The notes: generated by a model not told the origin, from the letters alone. Numbered from the stretch's first letter, positions 1 to 11,438 are shown. The stretch: 64,000 nucleotides of DNA from Candidatus Nomurabacteria bacterium GW2011_GWD2_36_14 (GCA_000991405.1 LBRL01000001.1:145547-209546), one strand, 5' to 3'. A program made the numbers and translations.

Positions 1-335
1 GTCTTGCCTTCTGGGCTTGTATGAGCAAAGTAGCCCTTGGTAGCCATGTCTTCAGCTTTCATAGTGGCGGCTTTTACCAAGATAGGATTGGTGGTTAGAC
101 TTTGTAATTTCTCTGAATGACGTTCTTCATTTGTAAGGTTTGCTAGTACCGCTGGTAAGACTGCAGCCATGCCACCTGTTCTCTTGATATAAGTAAGAGT
201 TGGTATAAGGAAAGTGAAAATTTCTAGAAATATAATTAGAAAGACGATATTACGAGTATTGTTGCTTCGTAATATATGGGGACGATGATCGTTGCCATTG
301 TGTGGAATGAAGTGATTTTTAATCCAAGATATCAT
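1..335 (-). CDS. CAP/SCP-domain protein (runs off window start)
   Basis: Not in ORF track. Manual translation MISWIKNHFIPHNGNDHRPHILR...LANLTNEER...KAATMKAEDMATKGYFAHTSPEGK shows a TM segment then CAP-domain motifs. Confidence 0.85.
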   Translation of the reverse strand, partial: MISWIKNHFIPHNGNDHRPHILRSNNTRNIVFLIIFLEIFTFLIPTLTYIKRTGGMAAVLPAVLANLTNEERHSEKLQSLTTNPILVKAATMKAEDMATKGYFAHTSPEGK

Positions 336-352
336 GTGTACATTATAACATA

Positions 353-384
353 ATAAAGTGCCACCTGTAAAGGTGGCACTTTAT
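353..384. terminator. Intrinsic terminator-like hairpin
   Basis: ATAAAGTGCCACCT-gtaa-AGGTGGCACTTTAT, a perfect inverted repeat just after the stop of 390..1106. Confidence 0.7.
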
Positions 385-389
385 GTAGT

Positions 390-1106
390 TTATTTGTTTA
401 GTGTTGCTCGTGTTGCAGGACCTACTAGACCATCACCTTTCAAGCTATTTGCAAGTTGGAATTTAATGACAGCTCCTTTAGTTTTAGGTCCAAAGAAACC
501 ATCGGCTTCTCCACAATTATATCCTGATGCATTCAATAATTTCTGAAGCTCTATGACCTCATTGCCCTTTGAGCCATTCTTCATTGGTTGTGTGAAGTGG
601 AACTTAGTTGCTCCTAGAACTGATCCTGGAGAAGTAATAATTCTTGTATCTCCAGAAAGATTGGAATTTGTAACAGAGAGAATCTGACCATTGTTCAAGG
701 TTACTTCTGCTACTACCTTAGAAGGAATTAGATTTTTACCATATTCACTTTCTCTGGTATTGGTAAAGTATCCATCTGCCGTATAATTAAACGAGCCTAG
801 AACATCAAATGGTGTTATGAATTCTGAACCTTTTATTTTGCCACTGACAGCTCGGTTCGTCTGGAGTAGAGTTGATCCTGAGTATAGTTTGATAACTATA
901 GATGAAGCATCGTCGAATTTAGCATCTTTGATACTAAATCCTACGTCGTATCCCTTCACGTTCCCTTGATTCCAAACTATAAAGTTTTGTGAAGACAAAG
1001 TGGCATTTGTAGCAGAGACTGTTTTAATATTTGCGACAAGACCACCTACGGCTAATACAAAAGTAAACATTAAGATAGAAAAGTTTTTAAAATTTATGTT
1101 TTTCAT
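390..1106 (-). CDS. Secreted protein with C-terminal peptidoglycan-binding domain (PG_binding_1)
   Basis: Signal-peptide-like N-terminus; C-terminal GSKGNEVIELQKLLN..DGFFGPKTKGAVIKFQ..DGLVGPAT motif. Confidence 0.85.
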   Translation of the reverse strand: MKNINFKNFSILMFTFVLAVGGLVANIKTVSATNATLSSQNFIVWNQGNVKGYDVGFSIKDAKFDDASSIVIKLYSGSTLLQTNRAVSGKIKGSEFITPFDVLGSFNYTADGYFTNTRESEYGKNLIPSKVVAEVTLNNGQILSVTNSNLSGDTRIITSPGSVLGATKFHFTQPMKNGSKGNEVIELQKLLNASGYNCGEADGFFGPKTKGAVIKFQLANSLKGDGLVGPATRATLNK

Positions 1107-1223
1107 GTTGATAAATATGTAATTAATAAATTAGGTCTTCATAATTATAGCACATATGATTAACCCATACCATATAGTATTACACTAAATACATATTTTG
1201 TCAAGCCTTAATAAAGTCATGTA

Positions 1224-1925
1224 TTATTTATTCAAATAATAAAGCCTTTTCTTTTCAGGAAGTCTTTCAATAGCATACCTGAGCATTGTACGTGGCATTT
1301 TATGGCTGTTAGTATCAAGGTATTTAGTAAGCTTATCTTCTCCTACCCTCTTCCCAACTTCTCGAAGCATCCATCCACAAGCCTTATGGATAAGATCGTG
1401 TTTATCATTCAATAGCATACTTACTATTCTGAAAGTCCACTCACTCTCACCTTTATATATAAATGCAAAGGTAGATATAATAGCGACTCTCCTTTCCCAA
1501 AGATTTTTAGACTTTGCTAGTTTTTCTAAAATATTTCTATTCTTATATATTAAATACTCTCCTACTATATATCCTGCCGACAAGTCTACTAGATCCCAAT
1601 TATTTATATACTTTGTATTTTTCAAATAAAATCTGATGATACTTTTTTTATCTTTTTCTAATTTAGCTTTTTTATATTTATGAACTAAAATTAAAATAGC
1701 AATCAATCTCACTTCATGGTATTTATTCTCTAAAAGTTTCGAGAGATCGCTAAATTCCAATTCATTATATTTTTTGGCAATACTTCTAGATACTGGTACT
1801 GTAATGCCTAGGAATTTATCTCCTTCCCCGTATTGACCTTGACCTGTCTTAAAGAATCTAACAAGTAGCTGTGCCTTCTCCTCATTCTTATGTGAAAGTA
1901 TTTCTTTTAAAATTTTGTTATACAT
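1224..1925 (-). CDS. DNA alkylation repair protein (AlkD-like)
   Basis: FFKTGQGQYGEGDKFLG, INNWDLVD, WERR, HKACGWMLREVGK, MPRTMLRYAIE motifs. Confidence 0.9.
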   Translation of the reverse strand: MYNKILKEILSHKNEEKAQLLVRFFKTGQGQYGEGDKFLGITVPVSRSIAKKYNELEFSDLSKLLENKYHEVRLIAILILVHKYKKAKLEKDKKSIIRFYLKNTKYINNWDLVDLSAGYIVGEYLIYKNRNILEKLAKSKNLWERRVAIISTFAFIYKGESEWTFRIVSMLLNDKHDLIHKACGWMLREVGKRVGEDKLTKYLDTNSHKMPRTMLRYAIERLPEKKRLYYLNK

Positions 1926-1938
1926 ACATCAATTATGG

Positions 1939-1967
1939 AATATAAGGAAGTCGGACTTCCTTATATT
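1939..1967. repeat. GGAAGTCGGACTTCC palindrome (REP-like/terminator)
   Basis: AATATAAGGAAGTC-G-GACTTCCTTATATT; inverted copy of the core at 25636..25668. Confidence 0.6.
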
Positions 1968-1988
1968 ATATTCAATATATTTTGATTT

Positions 1989-3140
1989 TTATGATTTCTT
2001 TTTGTTTATTAAGTATTTTCTGTTTTTTAACTTTTCAGGAAGAAGGTCTTTGCTTGTATATTTCTCATAATTCTTGCCGTATCCTATTTCTTTATTTAGC
2101 TTAGTAGTAGGGTTTCGGATTTCTAGTGGGATAGGTAGATTCCCATACTTGACTACGTCTTCCTTTGACTTCAGATACGCATCATAAGCTCGCCTGTCCT
2201 TTGGCGCCTCTGACAAATAGACGACTCCATGAGCCAAGTTTTCCCCACATTCAGGCATGTCTATAGTAGTAACAGCTTGGAAGACTGCATTTGCCACGAC
2301 TAGAGCTGTAGGTAGAGCGAGCCCTATATCTTCACTGGCAAAGACGACCATACGACGAGCTATGAACTTGGGATCTTCTCCGGCTTCTAGCATTCTGTTC
2401 ATATAGTATAGGGCAGCATCGGGCTGTGAGGCTCGCATACTCTTTATAAATGCACTTATAGTATTGTAGTGTTCATCCCCCTTTTTATCATAACGAAGAT
2501 ACTTGGACTGGAGAGTATTTTTAAAATTCTCTATAGTTATTTCTTTATATAAAGATACGGTATTTTCTATCATGGCTAGAGCTTGGCGGGCATCTCCCTT
2601 TGCCATAGATACGAGCCAGTCAGTCGCATCTTTCTTCATTTTGTGTCCGGTACTTTTAATAATCTTTCGCATGTCTTCATCTGTCAGTTCTTCAAGTACG
2701 AAGACTCGGCAACGTGAAAGAAGCGCAGGAATAACCTCAAAGCTTGGATTCTCTGTCGTAGCCCCGATCAATACAAGCCTTCCACTCTCTACATAAGGCA
2801 GGAGGAAATCTTGCTGAGCTTTATTAAAACGATGTATTTCATCTAAGAATAAAATTCGAGGGCCGAGAAGAGCTCCACTTACTTTACCTTCTACAATCTG
2901 ACGAATGTCATCTTTGCCAGCAGAGACCGCGGAAAGCTCATGATAGTCAGCATTTAAGGCCTTAGCATATATTCTAGCCAGAGTGGTCTTCCCTACTCCC
3001 GGTGGTCCCCAAAGTATAAATGAGAAAATATGCCTCTCTTTGATAGCAATAGAAATCGGCCTCCCCTCTCCTACAAGGTGTTCTTGTCCTATGAATTCCT
3101 TTAAACTTTTTGGTCGTAATTTTGAAGCCAGTGGTTCCAT
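1989..3140 (-). CDS. rarA: Replication-associated recombination protein A (AAA+ ATPase)
   Basis: PLA..LRP start, GPPGVGKTT, FLDEIHRFNKAQQD, GATTENP, ISAFIKSMRAS, SEDIG. Start moved to ATG 3140. Confidence 0.95.
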   Translation of the reverse strand: MEPLASKLRPKSLKEFIGQEHLVGEGRPISIAIKERHIFSFILWGPPGVGKTTLARIYAKALNADYHELSAVSAGKDDIRQIVEGKVSGALLGPRILFLDEIHRFNKAQQDFLLPYVESGRLVLIGATTENPSFEVIPALLSRCRVFVLEELTDEDMRKIIKSTGHKMKKDATDWLVSMAKGDARQALAMIENTVSLYKEITIENFKNTLQSKYLRYDKKGDEHYNTISAFIKSMRASQPDAALYYMNRMLEAGEDPKFIARRMVVFASEDIGLALPTALVVANAVFQAVTTIDMPECGENLAHGVVYLSEAPKDRRAYDAYLKSKEDVVKYGNLPIPLEIRNPTTKLNKEIGYGKNYEKYTSKDLLPEKLKNRKYLINKKKS

Positions 3141-3211
3141 GAGTAGATTATATATCAATTTGTGATAACAGTGCTACTATTGACTATCTTGTTTAAAAGT
3201 ATTATAAATAT

Positions 3212-3655
3212 ATGGAAATTCACATAAACAGTAACCAAAAAATTACCATTATGGACTCAATTATTTTTATTCTAGTAGTTATTTGTATTTTATTTGTTGT
3301 ATTTAGTAGTGTTTTAAAAACTGCTAAATTAAAGAAAAAAATATTAGATTTCTTCCTTTCTCTTTTGCCTGAAAAGGTAATTATAAGTGGCGAACTTGTA
3401 AGTGTCTTTATAAAAAATGGATTCTATCCATTTTTTGCTTCAGTAGATAACTTAACAATTTCTTTTGATACTTCAAGAGGTGTACCCATTGACTTTTATT
3501 ATATAAAGATATGGGATCCTCAAAAGGATGAATATCATACAATTGAAGTGGATTTTAATTTGTATGAGTCTATGCAAAAGAGATTAGAAGATTTAGAGTT
3601 AAGTCTTTCTATTTTTTGTAAAAAAAATCCATGGAATGGTGAGCTATACATATAA
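3212..3655 (+). CDS. Hypothetical protein with N-terminal TM helix
   Basis: 147-aa ORF in an otherwise empty interval; hydrophobic N-terminal segment; ends at a bidirectional hairpin. Confidence 0.6.
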   Translation: MEIHINSNQKITIMDSIIFILVVICILFVVFSSVLKTAKLKKKILDFFLSLLPEKVIISGELVSVFIKNGFYPFFASVDNLTISFDTSRGVPIDFYYIKIWDPQKDEYHTIEVDFNLYESMQKRLEDLELSLSIFCKKNPWNGELYI

Positions 3656-3674
3656 TGTTTTTGTTTTTAAAATA

Positions 3675-3707
3675 AAATGCCTATCTTTGTAAAAAAGGTA
3701 GGCATTT
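3675..3707. terminator. Bidirectional terminator-like hairpin
   Basis: AAATGCCTATCTTT...AAAGGTAGGCATTT between convergent genes. Confidence 0.7.
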
Positions 3708-3710
3708 AAT

Positions 3711-4157
3711 TTATTTCCTATATTTTTTATTCTTCCACTTATCAGCGATTTTGACACGAGTGAGTGAGCGTTCGAGTTCTGTTTCAAAGTGTTCGAAGTC
3801 TACTATCTCTTTGTTCTCTGCAAGCTTTCTCAACTCTTCTGACTTTGCTTTTGCTTTCTCTATGACTTCATCTGAAAGTTCTGATATGTGCTCTGCGAAG
3901 TCTGCAAGTATAGCCACTTCACTCTGGCCTTCTTCATTATTCTTTACTTCTACGAATCCTCCAACGACAGCGATAGGTATATGCTCCCCAGAAACAAAAG
4001 CTACTATATCACCAGATGAAAGTGGAGCTATAAGAGGTACATGATTTGGCAAGATTGTTATCTCTCCTTCTTTGGTAGGAATTGTAACTTGCTCTACCAA
4101 TTCTTCGAGAATTAGTTTTTCGGGGGTGACTATTTTAAGTTGTAGTAATTTTGACAT
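3711..4157 (-). CDS. atpC: F-type ATP synthase epsilon subunit
   Basis: LKIVTPE, GEITILPNHVP, GGFVEV; last gene of the atp operon. Confidence 0.95.
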   Translation of the reverse strand: MSKLLQLKIVTPEKLILEELVEQVTIPTKEGEITILPNHVPLIAPLSSGDIVAFVSGEHIPIAVVGGFVEVKNNEEGQSEVAILADFAEHISELSDEVIEKAKAKSEELRKLAENKEIVDFEHFETELERSLTRVKIADKWKNKKYRK

Positions 4158-4171
4158 ATATTTTGTATTTT

Positions 4172-4212
4172 TCTCCCCCTGCTAAGGGGGAGTGCCCGTA
4201 GGGCGAGGGGGT
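4172..4212. repeat. GC-rich REP-like double hairpin
   Basis: TCTCCCCCTGCTAAGGGGGAGTGCCCGTAGGGCGAGGGGGT; related inverted copy at 12426..12472. Confidence 0.7.
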
Positions 4213-4237
4213 TTGATTAATTAAAATTTTTCTCTTT

Positions 4238-4279
4238 GAGGCTTGACCTCGGGCTCTCTTGAGGTCAAGCCTCTTCCCG
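4238..4279. repeat. BIME-like pair of inverted AGG-N5-CCT palindromes
   Basis: GAGGCTTGACCTC-gggctctctt-GAGGTCAAGCCTC-ttcccg; related direct copy at 5706..5748. Confidence 0.75.
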
Positions 4280-4286
4280 AAAAATT

Positions 4287-5669
<1,383 letters not shown>

Positions 5670-5705
5670 TTAATAATATTGATAATAATTTTGTTAGGCT
5701 CCTTT

Positions 5706-5748
5706 AGGCCTTGCCTCTGGGCTCCTTTTGAGGCAAGGCCTCTTCCCG
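5706..5748. repeat. BIME-like pair of inverted AGG-N5-CCT palindromes
   Basis: AGGCCTTGCCTC-tgggctcctttt-GAGGCAAGGCCTC-ttcccg. Confidence 0.75.
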
Positions 5749-5749
5749 C

Positions 5750-6670
5750 CTAGCTCACTGATGCCATTCCCGCACTAATCTCTGATATCTCTTGGGTAAT
5801 ACTTGCCTGGCGAGCCTTGTTGAATACCAATGTCAGATCGTCTATCATTTCTCCTGCAGCTTCCGAGGCATTCTTCATGGCCATCATTCTACTGGACTGT
5901 TCCGATGCGCTCGACTCGAGTATCATGTGGTATATCTGCATTCGGACTAATTTCTCTGCAAGTGATTCTATAATTTCGTTCATATCCCCCTCAAAGATGT
6001 ATGGAATTGGTTGTTTGTTCGTATCTAGCATTTCCATCTTTTTATTTTCACCTAGTCTTTCAATCAATTTCTTTAACTCTAGTTGTTGAATTGGTAGGAT
6101 TTGTTTTACTCGGGGTTTTTGATTTAGGGCCGACACAAAGTCTGTATAAGCAATATAAACTTTATTGTATTTAGTTGATTTAAATTCATCTATAATCATT
6201 TTCGACATAGGTAGAACATCCGAGAGGTTACTATTGTCGGGAAGATCAAGGAATGAAGCAGTGACATTTTGTCCAGTTCTTCGCATTGCATTGTCCCCCT
6301 TCTTTCCAATTGAAATAATGTCTACGTTAGATGTGTCAATTTCCCTTAAGGAAAGAATGGACTTTTTAATTATTTGAGAATTATATGCTCCACAAAGGCC
6401 ACCATTGGAAGTAATCAGAACAAACAATGTTTTATCTACTTTGTTTTTTGTTTCTTTGTGACCGTTAAAGAATGGCTGATCGATATCTCCCATTCTTTCA
6501 GATAAGGAAGTCAAAAGTTCCCAAGAATAGTTCGCATAAAGACGAGAAGAAAGAGCCTTGGAGATAGCACGCTTCATCTTCGAAGCTGCTACGAGTTCCA
6601 TCGCTTTTGTAATCTTCTTTGTGTTCTTCACACTCTTTATTCTTTGTTTTATTTCTTTTGTACCGGCCAT
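5750..6670 (-). CDS. atpG: F-type ATP synthase gamma subunit
   Basis: KITKAMELVAASK, GLCGAYNS, SEQSSRMMAMKNA, RQASITQEISEI. Confidence 0.99.
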   Translation of the reverse strand: MAGTKEIKQRIKSVKNTKKITKAMELVAASKMKRAISKALSSRLYANYSWELLTSLSERMGDIDQPFFNGHKETKNKVDKTLFVLITSNGGLCGAYNSQIIKKSILSLREIDTSNVDIISIGKKGDNAMRRTGQNVTASFLDLPDNSNLSDVLPMSKMIIDEFKSTKYNKVYIAYTDFVSALNQKPRVKQILPIQQLELKKLIERLGENKKMEMLDTNKQPIPYIFEGDMNEIIESLAEKLVRMQIYHMILESSASEQSSRMMAMKNASEAAGEMIDDLTLVFNKARQASITQEISEISAGMASVS

Positions 6671-6672
6671 AT

Positions 6673-8175
6673 TTATTTATTAAAACTTATTACGAATTCT
6701 TCAATTACTTTTTTAAGTTCAGCTTCACCTGCATCTGTCCACATCTTTGTGTCGGTAACTTCTTTGTAGAAAGTCTTTGCATTCTTTCCGGCGTACTCTG
6801 CGAGGCCTATTTCAAACTCTTTTATCTTTTCTACTTTCACTTCATCCATATATCCATTAATAAGAGCATAAAGAGTTACGACTTGGTCTACAGTTCCTAC
6901 TGGTGCGTACTGAGGTTGTTTCAAGACTTCTACAGCTCTCTTTCCACGTTCTAGTTGCTTCTTTGTGCCTTCATCAAGGTCTGAGCCGAATTGAGCGAAA
7001 GCTTCAAGTTCACGATATTGAGCAAGCTCAAGCTTGATCTTACCTGCTACTTTCTTCATAGCTTTAATCTGAGCTGTTCCTCCTACACGTGACACGGAAA
7101 GTCCAACGTTTACAGCAGGGCGAATACCCTTGTAGAACAAGTCCGTCTCTAGGAATATCTGACCGTCAGTAATAGAAATAACATTTGTTGGAATATAGGC
7201 AGATACATCTCCAGCTTGAGTTTCGATAATTGGCAATGCTGTAATAGATCCACCACCGTATTCTTTGTTTCTTCTACAAGCACGTTCAAGTAAACGTGAG
7301 TGCAAATAGAAGACGTCCCCTGGGTACGCTTCACGTCCTGGTGGACGACGAAGTAGAAGTGATATCTCACGGTAAGCCACAGCGTGCTTGGATAGGTCAT
7401 CGTAAATAATCAGAACATCCTTTCCTTGATCCATGAAGTATTCAGCAATAGATACTCCAGTATAAGGTGCAATGTATGCTAGAGATGCAGGCTCGGAAGC
7501 TCCAGCTGATACCATAATTGTATAGTCCATAGCGCCACCTTCTTCTAGACGAGTTTGTAATTTACGAAGTTTTGAGTCTTTCTGTCCAATAGATACGTAA
7601 ACACAAATCATGTTTTGACCCTTCTGGTTTAGGATTGTATCAATAGCGATAGCAGTCTTACCTGTCTGACGGTCACCAATGATAAGCTCACGCTGTCCAC
7701 GTCCAATAGGAATAAGAGCATCAATAGCCTTGATTCCGGTTTGAACTGGCTGGTCAACTGATAGACGGGTAATAACTCCTGGAGCAACTTTCTCAATAGG
7801 ATTTCTCTTGTCACTTTTGATAGTGCCTTTCCCATCAATAGGCTCACCCAATGCATTTAGAACTCTTCCTATTTGTGTATCTGATACTGGAACTGAAAGA
7901 ATCTGTCCTGTAGCCTTTACTTCTTCACCTTCATGAATTTTTGAAAAGTCACCGAGAATAATAATACCCACAGTATCTTCTTCAAGGTTCAAGGCCACAC
8001 CGCTTGCTCCACTAGCAAATGTCACCATCTCTGATGCTTTCAAGTCTGAGAGTCCAGAGACACGAGCAATACCATCAAATATTTCAACTACGTGTCCTAC
8101 CTTCTCTGACTTTGTGTCTGACTGGAATTTCTCTATTTGCTTTCTTAAATTTTCTACAATGTGATTTTTGCTCAT
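6673..8175 (-). CDS. atpA: F-type ATP synthase alpha subunit
   Basis: [32 protein letters not shown]. Confidence 0.99.
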   Translation of the reverse strand: MSKNHIVENLRKQIEKFQSDTKSEKVGHVVEIFDGIARVSGLSDLKASEMVTFASGASGVALNLEEDTVGIIILGDFSKIHEGEEVKATGQILSVPVSDTQIGRVLNALGEPIDGKGTIKSDKRNPIEKVAPGVITRLSVDQPVQTGIKAIDALIPIGRGQRELIIGDRQTGKTAIAIDTILNQKGQNMICVYVSIGQKDSKLRKLQTRLEEGGAMDYTIMVSAGASEPASLAYIAPYTGVSIAEYFMDQGKDVLIIYDDLSKHAVAYREISLLLRRPPGREAYPGDVFYLHSRLLERACRRNKEYGGGSITALPIIETQAGDVSAYIPTNVISITDGQIFLETDLFYKGIRPAVNVGLSVSRVGGTAQIKAMKKVAGKIKLELAQYRELEAFAQFGSDLDEGTKKQLERGKRAVEVLKQPQYAPVGTVDQVVTLYALINGYMDEVKVEKIKEFEIGLAEYAGKNAKTFYKEVTDTKMWTDAGEAELKKVIEEFVISFNK

Positions 8176-8176
8176 A

Positions 8177-8584
8177 TTAGTTTGTTATTAAATAAGTTTG
8201 TAATTGATGTATTTTATTGGCTAATGTTGTGTCTATGATGTCGTCTCCTATTTCTATCTTTATTCCTCCGAGAAGTTTTGGATTAATGATACTTTCTAGT
8301 ATTACTTCTTTCGCTTTGTATTTCTTCTTTATGGATTCCTTTACTTCTTGCTCCATCTTTTCGTTCAGTTTTGAGCTAGTGCTGACTTTCGCTTTAACTA
8401 TTCCCTCTTCTTTGTCGATAATATCTTCTAGTGACTTCAATATTTCTTTCTTCTTACTCATCAGACTTTTGTCTCTCATAAATATGACACTTTTGGACAA
8501 TACAGAGTCTAGCTCTGCCCCACCTTTATCTAAAGATGATTCATATATTGCACGAGCTAAGTTTTTAATGGATATACTTGCCAT
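8177..8584 (-). CDS. atpH: F-type ATP synthase delta subunit (short form)
   Basis: Position between atpF and atpA; C-terminal [20 protein letters not shown] motif. Confidence 0.9.
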   Translation of the reverse strand: MASISIKNLARAIYESSLDKGGAELDSVLSKSVIFMRDKSLMSKKKEILKSLEDIIDKEEGIVKAKVSTSSKLNEKMEQEVKESIKKKYKAKEVILESIINPKLLGGIKIEIGDDIIDTTLANKIHQLQTYLITN

Positions 8585-8590
8585 AATGAT

Positions 8591-9085
8591 TTAACTAATT
8601 TTCTTTATTTCTTCTAAAGCTTTCTTGTCGAAAGATTCATCCTTGTGAGTTTCTAGCAATTTCTCAGTTGCTTTCACTACTAGAGACACTATTTCAGTCT
8701 TGGCTTCCTCTATCATTTTATTCTTTTCCGATTCCAAGACTTTTTTGCCATTTACTATCATGTTTTCTACCTCAAGACTTGCACTGGCAAGCATTTCCTT
8801 CTTCTTCTCTTCGGCTTCCTTTTTGCCATCTTGGAATATAGTATGAGCTTCTTGTCGAGCTTTTGCTATAACTTCATCGTACTCAGCCTTTGTGCTTTTT
8901 AATATTTCAGCATTTTTTACTGCATCATTTAGACCACCTTCTATTCTTTCTGATCTTTCTTTCATTAACTTCTTAAGAGGTTTAAGTGCTAGGTATTGCA
9001 ATATGAAAAGAACAACTACAAAGTTGATAGCTTGGGCTATTATAATTTTCCAATCTATATGAAATGTCTCGATAAATGAATCCAT
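8591..9085 (-). CDS. atpF: F-type ATP synthase b subunit
   Basis: AQAINFVVVLFIL TM, KPL..MKER, coiled coil. Confidence 0.95.
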   Translation of the reverse strand: MDSFIETFHIDWKIIIAQAINFVVVLFILQYLALKPLKKLMKERSERIEGGLNDAVKNAEILKSTKAEYDEVIAKARQEAHTIFQDGKKEAEEKKKEMLASASLEVENMIVNGKKVLESEKNKMIEEAKTEIVSLVVKATEKLLETHKDESFDKKALEEIKKIS

Positions 9086-9193
9086 GGGTATTTTAATTAA
9101 AAATTAAGAATTAATAATTGAACAAAAGAAGCTTTGCTCCTTACTCCTAGTCATTTGTGATAGAAACAAACGACCAGATGTAAATAGTAAAAA

Positions 9194-9424
<231 letters not shown>

Positions 9425-9446
9425 CTAATAATGATTGACCTTTAAA

Positions 9447-10340
9447 TTAATGTGCTTCTTTCAGCTCTCCTTTATTACCATGATCCTTAGCCTCGTCATG
9501 CTCCTCATGATCGGTACTAGAGATAGTATAGTAAACGAGAGTTAAAATAGCGAAAATAAATGCCTGTATTACTCCTACCATTACTTCTAAAAGTAAAAAT
9601 GGTGTAGGTAAGAGATAAGCCATAATAGCACCCATAGAAGCTAGAAGTACTTCTCCAGCAAATACGTTACCGAAGAGACGGAACGAGAGCGAAGCTACTT
9701 TAGCAAATTCACCCACTAATTCTAGTATTCCTACCGCAAACATGATAGGAGCTGTCATTAGAATCATTGGGTCCTTTTTAATCTTGGTAAATATACTCCC
9801 AAGCGCACTTAGATTAACATATTTATTGATAGTTTTCCAGAGACCGATAGAAATAATACCGAAAATATTGGCTCCAATGACGGACATAATAGCTAAGGGT
9901 AAGGTTCCATTAATATCAGCTGTTCCTGAGCGTATAAGAGGAATAAACATTTTTCCATGCTCACCCATTTCTACAAGTCCAAATCCACCTAGAGGGAAAA
10001 TTCCTATCCAGTTATTGAATAGAACGATTATGAATACTGTGAAGACTATGGGGAATGCTTTGTTCGTAATGGCTCGGCTGTTTGTAACTTGGTCGCAGAG
10101 AGACTCTGCTCCTTCTATAACTATTTCAAATATATTCTGTATTCCTCTTGGAACTTTTTTAAGTTTAGATTTTATAACAACTGCCAAGGTGATTAAAATG
10201 AAGACCACTATCCAACTAGTAAAGAGAGCGTTGGTGACAGTAAAATCTCCTATATGGAAGATTGGTTCTGCAAAAAGTGTTGATTCGTGAGTTATTTCGT
10301 TATTTGCACTTAATTCGTTTGTTGGAATTTCTGTAGACAT
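9447..10340 (-). CDS. atpB: F-type ATP synthase a subunit
   Basis: SLSFRLFGNVFAGE, IQAFIFAILT. Confidence 0.97.
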   Translation of the reverse strand: MSTEIPTNELSANNEITHESTLFAEPIFHIGDFTVTNALFTSWIVVFILITLAVVIKSKLKKVPRGIQNIFEIVIEGAESLCDQVTNSRAITNKAFPIVFTVFIIVLFNNWIGIFPLGGFGLVEMGEHGKMFIPLIRSGTADINGTLPLAIMSVIGANIFGIISIGLWKTINKYVNLSALGSIFTKIKKDPMILMTAPIMFAVGILELVGEFAKVASLSFRLFGNVFAGEVLLASMGAIMAYLLPTPFLLLEVMVGVIQAFIFAILTLVYYTISSTDHEEHDEAKDHGNKGELKEAH

Positions 10341-10341
10341 A

Positions 10342-10602
10342 TTATTTATTATTTAAATTTTCTTCTTTTTCTATTTTCTTTTTATAAATTTTCATTTCTT
10401 TCCATATTAGATAAATTGTCGAAAGGAAAGCTATACCTATTAAAACTAAAAACAGTAAATTGCCAGTATTATATTTTTGATCTAGATATTTTCCAGCAAA
10501 TGAAGCTATTACAACGGGGGCAGCAATATATGCTGAGACTTTTACAAAGATAATCACCCCATCTCTCCACCAAGGTATTTTGTTGTTTTTGTTATTTTCC
10601 AT
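10342..10602 (-). CDS. AtpZ/AtpI-family membrane protein
   Basis: Two TM helices, GKYLD motif, first gene of the atp operon. Confidence 0.8.
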   Translation of the reverse strand: MENNKNNKIPWWRDGVIIFVKVSAYIAAPVVIASFAGKYLDQKYNTGNLLFLVLIGIAFLSTIYLIWKEMKIYKKKIEKEENLNNK

Positions 10603-10635
10603 ATTAATAACACCAAGAAAAGGCTAAAAGCCTTG

Positions 10636-10707
10636 TGCGTGTGCTTGGAATCGGACCAAGGACCTCTGTCTTATCAGGACAGCGTTCTACCACTGAACTA
10701 CACACGC
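10636..10707 (-). tRNA. tRNA-Ile(GAT)
   Basis: GCGTGTGTAGTTCAGTGGTAGAACGCTGTCCT-GAT-AAGACAGAGGTCCTTGGTCCGATTCCAAGCACACGCA folds as a cloverleaf; CCA not encoded. Confidence 0.92.
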
Positions 10708-10781
10708 AATAACACTAACAAAATCTATCCTTAAATATCAAAAGAACAGCCACATTGTATCAAAAAATCCTTTGTTTTGCA

Positions 10782-10821
10782 AACTAAAATCCCCCACTCT
10801 TGCGAGTAAGGGATTTTAGTT
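10782..10821. terminator. Terminator-like hairpin after RRM gene
   Basis: AACTAAAATCCC...GGGATTTTAGTT inverted repeat. Confidence 0.65.
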
Positions 10822-10834
10822 CAGGATAATATAA

Positions 10835-11119
10835 TTATCTGCGGAAACCTCCACCATTTTGTGGACGCTCTTCCATAGGACGAGCTTCGTTCACTGTAAG
10901 ATTTCTTCCTCCGAAATCTTTACCATCAAACATTGAGATTGCTGTAGCTGCATCGGCATCGTTTTCCATTTCTACGAAACCGAAACCTTTTGAGCGACCT
11001 GTCATCTTATCCATAATAATGGTTGCTGAAGCGACAGCTCCTGCAGCACTGAAATGAGCACTAAGCTCATCATTTGTTGTTGAGTAAGGTAACCCACCAA
11101 CATACAACTTTTTTGCCAT
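10835..11119 (-). CDS. RRM (RNP-1) RNA-binding protein
   Basis: KLYVGGL (RNP2), SKGFGFVEM (RNP1), LTVNEARP, Gly-rich tail. Start set to MAKK at 11119. Confidence 0.95.
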   Translation of the reverse strand: MAKKLYVGGLPYSTTNDELSAHFSAAGAVASATIIMDKMTGRSKGFGFVEMENDADAATAISMFDGKDFGGRNLTVNEARPMEERPQNGGGFRR

Positions 11120-11289
11120 ATATGACAATGTGCTTCTCATAGCGATACTTTCATATCCACTACTTGAAGAAAACTAATTTATAAATGTAATCGCGAAGCT
11201 GATTTCATTTACATACCTCAATGTCCAAAAGAATTTAGCACAACGAAGAATGAAACTAATACCAAAACATAAGCTAACTACTGGGCGGA

Positions 11290-11318
11290 ATTATACCAGA
11301 GATAGGAAAATATAGCAA
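11290..11318 (-). promoter_or_regulatory. Sigma70-type promoter for RRM gene
   Basis: TTGCTA-17 nt-TATAAT on minus strand, about 170 nt upstream of the ATG. Confidence 0.65.
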
Positions 11319-11348
11319 CACCCCGAGCTAGGCAAGACCTAGCTCAAA

Positions 11349-11438
11349 GATAGCGAAGTAGGATTGTTAAAATTTTTATCCGTGTCGGAGCCCTTTAGGG
11401 TAAAGCGGGAAAAATTTTAATAATCCTACGAAGCGATC
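11349..11438 (+). repeat. Structured dispersed repeat family 1, copy 1
   Basis: Invariant core GTCGGAGCCCTTTAGGGTAAAGC (11384..11406) inside long inverted arms GTAGGATTGTTAAAATTTTT / AAAAATTTTAATAATCCTAC. Confidence 0.85.
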
